Shown here: one piece after another, positions 57,821 to 64,000 of the stretch
How positions within the stretch are numbered: the stretch's first letter is position 1
Layout of the letters: each line of letters begins with the position of its first letter
NCBI GenBank assembly: GCA_040901675.1
Contig: JBBDYJ010000010.1
Span: 266,599 to 330,598 of the forward strand
Direction: 5' to 3'
DNA length: 64,000 nucleotides
From: Pirellulales bacterium
GTDB taxonomy: Bacteria; Planctomycetota; Planctomycetia; Pirellulales; JAICIG01
The notes under the pieces: generated by a model
Seen by the model: only the letters and a program-made list of their open reading frames with translations
What the model was told of the DNA's origin: nothing
Databases searched by the model: none
Made by a program: the position numbers and the translations under genes

Positions 57821-58183
57821 ATGCAAGATGACCTGGAAGACACACCTTGTGAGCAACGGCCGCGGCTGATACCCGCCCTGCCTGGCGCGCTGCCTTCCTT
57901 CCGCTCCTGGCCGTCACTGCGATGGTTCCTTCTGCTGCAACTGCCGGTCGTGGGCAGTGCGACCGCTTCGCTCATGCGGGGCCGTCCGATCGGAGGGGCG
58001 GCCATGATTATCTTGCTTGGCTTGGCAACTTCCACATGTCTTTTTGCGGCGATCTGTTCGAGGATCTCTTCGTCCAACGTCGGCACCTACTTTCGCGGCC
58101 GAGAGCCAATCCGCTTCTGGTTGGACGTTGCTCTCCTGACCGTGGGTTACGTCGCCATTTCAGTAGTGGGATTTTTTTGGTGA
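57821..58183 (+). CDS. Small hypothetical membrane protein
   Basis: 120 aa, 3 hydrophobic segments, RGREPIRFW motif; start uncertain. Confidence 0.5.
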   Translation: MQDDLEDTPCEQRPRLIPALPGALPSFRSWPSLRWFLLLQLPVVGSATASLMRGRPIGGAAMIILLGLATSTCLFAAICSRISSSNVGTYFRGREPIRFWLDVALLTVGYVAISVVGFFW

Positions 58184-58191
58184 AAGCCCGG

Positions 58192-58251
58192 CTAGATTGC
58201 GTCGATATTCCGCGCGGCTTCCTCATCCAGCAGAACGTTGAACCTAGGCAT
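58192..58251 (-). pseudogene. Truncated ParE/RelE-like toxin remnant
   Basis: MPRFNVLLDEEAARNIDAI-stop; ATG overlaps the antitoxin end. Confidence 0.5.
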
Positions 58252-58456
58252 CCCGCGGGATGTTCCTCTTGGCGCGGAATTCGGCGTCGAGTTCTTCAAA
58301 CGGCCGGCTTCGCCCGGCCTGCATGTCCGCCAGTCCGCGACGGATGCCCTCGACAACCGTGCGATCCTCCTCAAGAACGGCGCGGCGTTGCTCGTAGAGG
58401 GCTCTCAGGGCATCGCGCAGCACATCGTCTTCGGAGCCGTAATTGCCAACAGCCAT
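58244..58456 (-). CDS. ParD-like (RHH) antitoxin, possibly 5'-damaged
   Basis: GNYGSEDDVLRDALRAL...GIRRGLADMQAGR; upstream in-frame TPQLGKLLQEQ is cut by TAG. Confidence 0.65.
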   Translation of the reverse strand: MAVGNYGSEDDVLRDALRALYEQRRAVLEEDRTVVEGIRRGLADMQAGRSRPFEELDAEFRAKRNIPRDA

Positions 58457-58617
58457 CTGCTCCTGAAGCAGCTTTCCAAGTTGCGGCGTGCCCTATTGTG
58501 GCACAACTGGAGGCGAAAAGAGACCTGGACGCCATGCGACTGGCTGTGCCACGGTATGATAAAAGGGTGCGGCGCCAGAGCCAGCGGGCCGACGACATTT
58601 GAACAGGAGATCAACCC

Positions 58618-58872
58618 GTGACCGAAGATGAATTGCTTAACCGAATCACCGTGGACCCAGCAATCTTTGGGGGAAAGCCCATTGTCCGGGGATTGAGGAT
58701 GGGTGTGGAACACGTGCTCGGGATGCTCGCGGCCGGGGACTCGACGGATAAACTTCTCCATGAGTATCCCTTTCTGGAGCCGGCCGACATTCAAGCGTGT
58801 CTGGCCTATGCCCACCGGTCGCTGGCCGGTGAGCAGGTGCATGAGCGGATTGCGGGGGCCAAGGCACCGTGA
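58618..58872 (+). CDS. DUF433 antitoxin
   Basis: RITVDPAIFGGKPIVRGLRM...YPFLEPADIQACLAYA. Confidence 0.9.
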   Translation: MTEDELLNRITVDPAIFGGKPIVRGLRMGVEHVLGMLAAGDSTDKLLHEYPFLEPADIQACLAYAHRSLAGEQVHERIAGAKAP

Positions 58873-59222
58873 AGTTCTTGCTCGACGTTTGCGTATCGTC
58901 GCGTTCGCTCGAAGCATCTCTCGTGGCACAAGGGCACGATGTCGTATCCGCGATGTCCGTTGATCCCAAGGCGAGCGACCAGCATCTCATGGCACTGGCA
59001 CTTCGTGAGCACCGCATCTTGGTCACCGAGGACAAGGACTTCGGCGAACTGGTTTTTGTTCGGCATCTTCCTCATGGGCCGATTGTTCGATTGGTCGAGC
59101 TCACTGTTGACGAGCAGGTGCAGGCGATGGCCGAGTTGTTAGACCAGCGCGCGGGCGAGTTGAACGGACCGGTAATTCTTACGGTCACCCGTGGCCGCGT
59201 TAGGATTCGTCACGCAACATAG
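58869..59222 (+). CDS. DUF5615 PIN-like toxin
   Basis: MKFLLD...GHDV...D...RILVTEDKDFGEL; GTGA overlap with the antitoxin. Confidence 0.9.
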   Translation: MKFLLDVCVSSRSLEASLVAQGHDVVSAMSVDPKASDQHLMALALREHRILVTEDKDFGELVFVRHLPHGPIVRLVELTVDEQVQAMAELLDQRAGELNGPVILTVTRGRVRIRHAT

Positions 59223-59340
59223 CGCAACGGCGAGCTGGCGACCCTGGCGCCGCTCAGGATCAGCCATCGGCTGTGCACCACGTTCGGCCAGCCGCTTTCC
59301 GCCGCCCCCCTCCATAAGCTAACCTGATTGTAGAGCGATC

Positions 59341-59410
59341 CCTGCCTTCTGACCTCTGACTTCTGACACTCTGATTTCTGCCTTTCCTCCTTCGTCCTTC
59401 CTCCTTTGCC
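59341..59410. repeat. Degenerate heptamer tract (CTGACCT/CTGCCTT/TTCCTCC)
   Basis: Directly visible. Confidence 0.75.
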
Positions 59411-59414
59411 TTCC

Positions 59415-60116
59415 ATGCCTCTCCTGCGAATGGAACACGTGGGCAGGACTTTCCACATGGGGGAAGTGTCGGTCGAGGTGCTGCGGAATGTCTCGCTCGA
59501 AGTCCGGCAGGGCGAGCTGCTGGCCATGGTCGGCCCGAGCGGATCGGGGAAGAGCACCATCCTCAACATCATCGGCGGCCTCGACAAGCCTACCGTGGGC
59601 CAGGTCTGGTACCGCGACCAGGAGCTGTCGGCCTTGAACCGCCGCGAGCTGACGCGCTTCCGCCGCGATCGGGTGGGCTTCGTCTTCCAGTTCTATAACC
59701 TCATTCCTAACCTCACGGCCCGCGAGAACGTGATGGTCTCGACCGAAATCAGCCGCGATCCGCTCGGCGTGGACGAGGCGCTCGCTCTGGTCGACCTGAC
59801 CGACCGGGCGGAACATTTCCCCGCGCAGATGTCGGGCGGCGAGCAGCAGCGAGTGGCCATCGCCCGCGCGCTAGCCAAGAACCCCGAGCTCCTGCTGTGC
59901 GACGAGCCGACCGGAGCGCTCGACTTCGAGACCGGAAAAAAGGTCCTGCGACTGCTGGTCGAGGTCCGCGACCGGCTGGGTAAAACCGTGCTGATCATCA
60001 CTCACAATGCGGCCATCTCCCACATCGCCGACCGCGTCGTGCGCCTCCGCAGCGGCGAGGTCGTCGAGACCACCGTCAATGCCAGCCCGGCCTCGCCCGA
60101 GGAGATCATCTGGTGA
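59415..60116 (+). CDS. ABC transporter ATP-binding protein (LolD/MacB-type)
   Basis: GPSGSGKS, MSGGEQQRVAIARA, LLCDEPTGALD, ITHN. Confidence 0.95.
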   Translation: MPLLRMEHVGRTFHMGEVSVEVLRNVSLEVRQGELLAMVGPSGSGKSTILNIIGGLDKPTVGQVWYRDQELSALNRRELTRFRRDRVGFVFQFYNLIPNLTARENVMVSTEISRDPLGVDEALALVDLTDRAEHFPAQMSGGEQQRVAIARALAKNPELLLCDEPTGALDFETGKKVLRLLVEVRDRLGKTVLIITHNAAISHIADRVVRLRSGEVVETTVNASPASPEEIIW

Positions 60117-62485
60117 GCGTGCTGGACCGCAAGCTGGTCCGCGAACTCAAGAGCACCCGCGGACTGCTGGTGGCAATCACCAGCATCATGGCCGTCGGCG
60201 TTGCCTGCTACGTGGCCCTCGGCTTCGCCTACAAGAACCTCTCGACCGCCCAGCGGCAGTATTACGCCCGCTGCCGGATGGCCGACTTCTCGATCGAAGT
60301 CAACAAGGTGCCGCTGGCCGAGCTGGCCGCCCTGGAAAAGATATCGGGCGTGGTCGAGATCCGGCCCCGAATCCAGTTCTTCGCCACCGTCGACCTGGAG
60401 CGGGTGAGCGGGCCGATCAACGGCCTGGTGCTGTCGCTGCCCGACCGGCGGCAGGAAGTCATCAACGACATCGTGCTCCAGCGCGGCGGCTATTTCTCCC
60501 ACAGCCGGGCCAACGAGGTGATCGTCAACGACGCCTTCGCCCGGCGGCACGGCCTGCACCCGGGACATTGGATCCACTTGCTCCTGAACAACCAGCGGCA
60601 GGAACTGTTCATCGTTGGCACGGCCATTAGCAGCGAGTTCACCTACCTGCTCGGTCCCGGCAACATCACGCCCGACTCGGAGCACTTCGGCGTCTTCTAC
60701 TTGAAACAGACCTATGCCGACGAAGTCTTCGACTTTGAGGGCGCCGCCAACCAGGTGCTGGGCCGCCTGGCGCCCGCCGTGCGGCCCCACGAGGTGCTGC
60801 GGCGGGCCGAGCTGCTGCTGGCCCCCTACGGCGTGCTCAACACCACGCCTTTGGAGGAGCAGCCCAGCCACCGCTTCCTGGGCAACGAGATCCAGGGGCT
60901 GGAGGCGTTCGGCGTGATCAACCCGGCCATTTTTTTGTCCGTGGCCGCCTTGGTGCTCAACGTGCTGATGACGCGGTTGACCGAGCAGCAGCGAGTCGTG
61001 GTGGGAACGCTCAAGGCGCTGGGCTATCTCGACCGCCAGGTGTTGGGGCATTTCCTCAAATTCGGCCTCTGTATCGGACTGCTCAGCGGAGTGCTGGGAG
61101 CGCTACTGGGCTATTGGCTGGCCGAGGCGATGACGGCCCTGTACCGGCAGTTCTTCCAGTTCCCCACGCTGGTCAACCGCTTCTACGCCGGCACGTTCGT
61201 GGAAGGTCTGCTGATCAGCCTGGTCTGCGCGCTGGCCGGTTCGGCCAACGGCGCCCGGGCGGTGCTGCGGCTCGAGCCGGCCGAGGCGATGCGGCAAAAA
61301 CCGCCGGCCCAAGGCGGGCCGATCTTTCTGGAGCGGTTCACGCCGCTCTGGAGCCGGCTCAGCTTCGGCTGGCGAATGACCTTGCGAAACGTGGTGCGGC
61401 ACCGCTTTCGCACCGCGGCCGGAATCTTCGCGGCGGCCATGGGAGCGGCCCTGGTGGTCAACTCGCTGATGCTGGTCGAGGCGACCGCGTACATGATCGA
61501 GTTCCAGTTCGAGAAGATTCAAAAAAGCGACATCGACCTGGTATTCAAGGACGAGCTGGGAAGCGACGCCCTCGGCGAGCTCGTGCATCTGCCCGGCGTG
61601 GATCATGCCGAGCCGGTGCTCGACGTGGCCTGCAACTTCGTCAATGGCTCGCACAGCCGCAAGGGGGGCATCACCGGCCTTTTGCCGAACGCCAGGCTGA
61701 CCGTGCCCCGCGACAACCAGGGGCGCCCGCTGCGGATCCCCGCCGCCGGCTTGTCGATGAGCCGCAAGCTGGCCCAGCTCTTGCACGTCTCCCGTGGCGA
61801 CACCCTGGTCATCCAGCCGATCGAGGGACTGCGAGAACCTCGCAGCGTGCCGGTCGCCGAAGTGACCGACAGCTACATCGGCCTGGCCGTCTATGCCGAC
61901 ATCCATTATCTCAGCCGGCTGGTGAACGAGGAGTTGGCCCTTTCCGGCGCTCAACTGGCCGTCAACCCCGAACCGCGCTCGATGGCGGCGCTCTACCGCG
62001 AGCTGAAGCAGATGCCCGCCTTGCAGGCCGTGACGGCCCGGGCCGATACAATCGAGAATGTGACCGAGACGCTGGTCAAGAACCAGGAGGTGTTCATCTT
62101 TTTGCTGGTGCTGTTTGCCGGAGTGATTTTCTTCGGCAGCGTGCTCAATTCGTCGTTGATCGGCCTGGCTGAACGGCAGCGCGAGGTGGCCACGCTGCAG
62201 GTCTTGGGGTATACGCCTTGGCAGATCGGATCGCTTTTTCTGCGGGAAAGCATGCTGGTGAACATGGCCGGGACGCTGATCGGGCTGCCGTTGGGCTATC
62301 TTTTGAATGTGGCGATTACCATCGCCTACGACACCGAGTTGTTCCGCATCCCCGTGGTCGACCCGTGGGGCACCTGGCTGGCGGCAATCGTCGTGGGAAC
62401 CGTCTTCGCGCTGCTGGCCCACGGGCTGGTGCAAAGGGCCATCCATCGCATGGATTGGCTGGAGGCCTTGAAGACGAAAGAATGA
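60113..62485 (+). CDS. ABC transporter permease (duplicated FtsX/MacB-type)
   Basis: Two periplasmic+TM halves; GTLKALGY and REVATLQVLGY. Confidence 0.92.
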   Translation: MSVLDRKLVRELKSTRGLLVAITSIMAVGVACYVALGFAYKNLSTAQRQYYARCRMADFSIEVNKVPLAELAALEKISGVVEIRPRIQFFATVDLERVSGPINGLVLSLPDRRQEVINDIVLQRGGYFSHSRANEVIVNDAFARRHGLHPGHWIHLLLNNQRQELFIVGTAISSEFTYLLGPGNITPDSEHFGVFYLKQTYADEVFDFEGAANQVLGRLAPAVRPHEVLRRAELLLAPYGVLNTTPLEEQPSHRFLGNEIQGLEAFGVINPAIFLSVAALVLNVLMTRLTEQQRVVVGTLKALGYLDRQVLGHFLKFGLCIGLLSGVLGALLGYWLAEAMTALYRQFFQFPTLVNRFYAGTFVEGLLISLVCALAGSANGARAVLRLEPAEAMRQKPPAQGGPIFLERFTPLWSRLSFGWRMTLRNVVRHRFRTAAGIFAAAMGAALVVNSLMLVEATAYMIEFQFEKIQKSDIDLVFKDELGSDALGELVHLPGVDHAEPVLDVACNFVNGSHSRKGGITGLLPNARLTVPRDNQGRPLRIPAAGLSMSRKLAQLLHVSRGDTLVIQPIEGLREPRSVPVAEVTDSYIGLAVYADIHYLSRLVNEELALSGAQLAVNPEPRSMAALYRELKQMPALQAVTARADTIENVTETLVKNQEVFIFLLVLFAGVIFFGSVLNSSLIGLAERQREVATLQVLGYTPWQIGSLFLRESMLVNMAGTLIGLPLGYLLNVAITIAYDTELFRIPVVDPWGTWLAAIVVGTVFALLAHGLVQRAIHRMDWLEALKTKE

Positions 62486-62525
62486 ATAGAACGCAGCACG
62501 CAAGCGGAGAGAGCGAGTACGACGG

Positions 62526-63887
62526 ATGAAGACCTGGTTATTGGCGGCGATCGGCCTGGCCGGTGCGGCGGCGGCAGCGGGCATCTACGTCCAGATGCGC
62601 GAAGGCCCGCCGGCCGAAGCGGCCCTCACCCGCTACGGCGAGATCCGGCAATTCGTGGACGAACAGGGCCAGACCCGGCTGCCCAAGACGCACCTGATCA
62701 CCATGCCTTACAACGGGCGGATCGAATCGATCGACCTGGTGGAGGGCACCCGCGTCGAGGCCGGTCAGGTAGTGGCCCGCGTGGTGCCGCTGGACCTCGA
62801 ACTGGAGGTCGCCGAAGCCAAGTCGGCCGTCGACCGCCTGGAGGCCTCGATCCGCGAGAACGACGACGCCACCGTGGAGCTCACCGGGCTCAGGCAGGCG
62901 CTGAACTTCGTCGAGTCGATGGACCGCACGGTCGAGGCGGCCCAGGAGCGGGTGAAAGCGGGCCAGGCCAGGCTCGATTTTGCCAACAAGGATCTGAAAC
63001 GCGTCCGCACGCTGGCCGAGACCCGGGCCAGGGTAGAGGAGGACCTGAATCGGGCCGAGCTGGCCCAGGTCGAGGCACAGGTCAACTATCAACAGGATTT
63101 GCTGGTCTTGAGCGCGCTGAAGAGCATGCACGCGGCCACAGGCTTGATGCCCACGGTGGTCCAGCAGTACATCGACCGCAAGCAACTGGCCCGGGCGGTG
63201 CTGGAAAAAGAGAAAGCCCAGGCCGAAGCCCGGCTCCGCCAGGCCGAGAGCAACCGGGAGCGGGGGGTGATGACGAGTCCCGTCGATGGCGTGGTGCTCA
63301 GCCGGCTGGAGAGCAACGAGCGGCAAGTAGCAGGGGGCACCGTGCTGTTGGAACTCGGGTCGCTCGACGACCTGGAAGTAGAGGTCGACGTGCTCAGCCA
63401 GGACGTGGTGAACGTGAAGCCGGGGCAGCCGGTCGATATTTATGGTCCGGCCGTCGGGCCCCGCGATGCGGCGGGCAAGGTCAGCCGCGTCTATCCGGCC
63501 GGGTTCACCAAGGTCAGCTCGTTGGGCGTCGAGCAGCAGCGGGTCAAGGTGCTGATCGGCTTCGAGCCGAACGAGCTGGCGCGGCTGCGTGACCAGCGGG
63601 GCCTCGGCGTGGGTTATCGCGTGCGGGCAAGAATCTACACCGACCAGAAGTCACGGGCGTTGGTCATCCCCCGCTCAGCCTTGTTCCGCGGTCCGGCGGG
63701 AGACTGGCAGGTATTCGCGGTTGAATCGGGTGTGGCCCGGCTGCGTTCGCTCACCATCGGGTTGATGAACGACGAGATCGCCGAAGTGATCAAGGGCCTC
63801 GACGACAATGACGTCGTCATCCTGGCGCCGGAAACCAACCTGACCGACGGCACCCGCGTCAGCCCGGTGCTCCCTGACGGCCGCTAA
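62526..63887 (+). CDS. HlyD-family periplasmic adaptor subunit
   Basis: N-terminal anchor, lipoyl halves, long hairpin, SPVDGVV, KVSSLGVEQQRV. Confidence 0.9.
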   Translation: MKTWLLAAIGLAGAAAAAGIYVQMREGPPAEAALTRYGEIRQFVDEQGQTRLPKTHLITMPYNGRIESIDLVEGTRVEAGQVVARVVPLDLELEVAEAKSAVDRLEASIRENDDATVELTGLRQALNFVESMDRTVEAAQERVKAGQARLDFANKDLKRVRTLAETRARVEEDLNRAELAQVEAQVNYQQDLLVLSALKSMHAATGLMPTVVQQYIDRKQLARAVLEKEKAQAEARLRQAESNRERGVMTSPVDGVVLSRLESNERQVAGGTVLLELGSLDDLEVEVDVLSQDVVNVKPGQPVDIYGPAVGPRDAAGKVSRVYPAGFTKVSSLGVEQQRVKVLIGFEPNELARLRDQRGLGVGYRVRARIYTDQKSRALVIPRSALFRGPAGDWQVFAVESGVARLRSLTIGLMNDEIAEVIKGLDDNDVVILAPETNLTDGTRVSPVLPDGR

Positions 63888-64000
63888 CGGATCGCGAGCG
63901 ACATACCCGTTTCACCTCGCCAGACAGCGCTCGAACGACCGGATTACTTGCGGCACGGACCCGAATCGGCCTGTCCAAAGAATGCGTGCATAGTCCATAT

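Noticed and set aside
57780..58200. Integron cassette/attC around the small membrane gene and TA pairs
   Set aside because: No convincing RYYYAAC...GTTRRRY paired site could be found, and there is no integrase.
1..64000. tRNA, rRNA or riboswitch genes
   Set aside because: No cloverleaf or T-loop signature or recognisable aptamer was seen by eye in intergenic regions; an Infernal/tRNAscan run would be needed to exclude them.
63888..64000. Possible gene end at the right edge
   Set aside because: Too short, with no recognisable motif.

Overview
GC-rich bacterial chromosomal window, most consistent with a planctomycete (Pirellulales-like; inferred from PVC-type heme/beta-propeller giants, ECF-kinase clusters and intergenic heptamer tracts). 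It holds about 45 CDSs. Housekeeping and repair genes include argS, rsfS, tkt, scpA, floA, ygfZ-like, cbiET, a mrfAB-like helicase/exonuclease pair and a sigma-70 factor. There are also two large secreted c-type heme proteins, an ABC exporter operon, two intact toxin-antitoxin pairs, three gene remnants, and an IS200-like Y1 transposase set between long inverted hairpin repeats. No tRNA, rRNA or CRISPR array was seen. The strongest candidate for an undescribed system is the minus-strand cluster at 50738-57370: a membrane-anchored PspA/ESCRT-III-like coiled-coil protein, a TPR+FHA protein, a multi-TM Ser/Thr kinase, a membrane protein, an ECF sigma with Ser in its 'DAED' motif, and a soluble zinc-finger protein. 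Other notable signals are a 24-bp element nested in an identical copy of itself, a perfect 31-bp inverted GTAG-REP pair bracketing tkt, and a sensor kinase paired with an FHA-cyclase whose purine-specificity Lys is replaced by Asp. All product calls come from motif recognition by eye; no searches were run.
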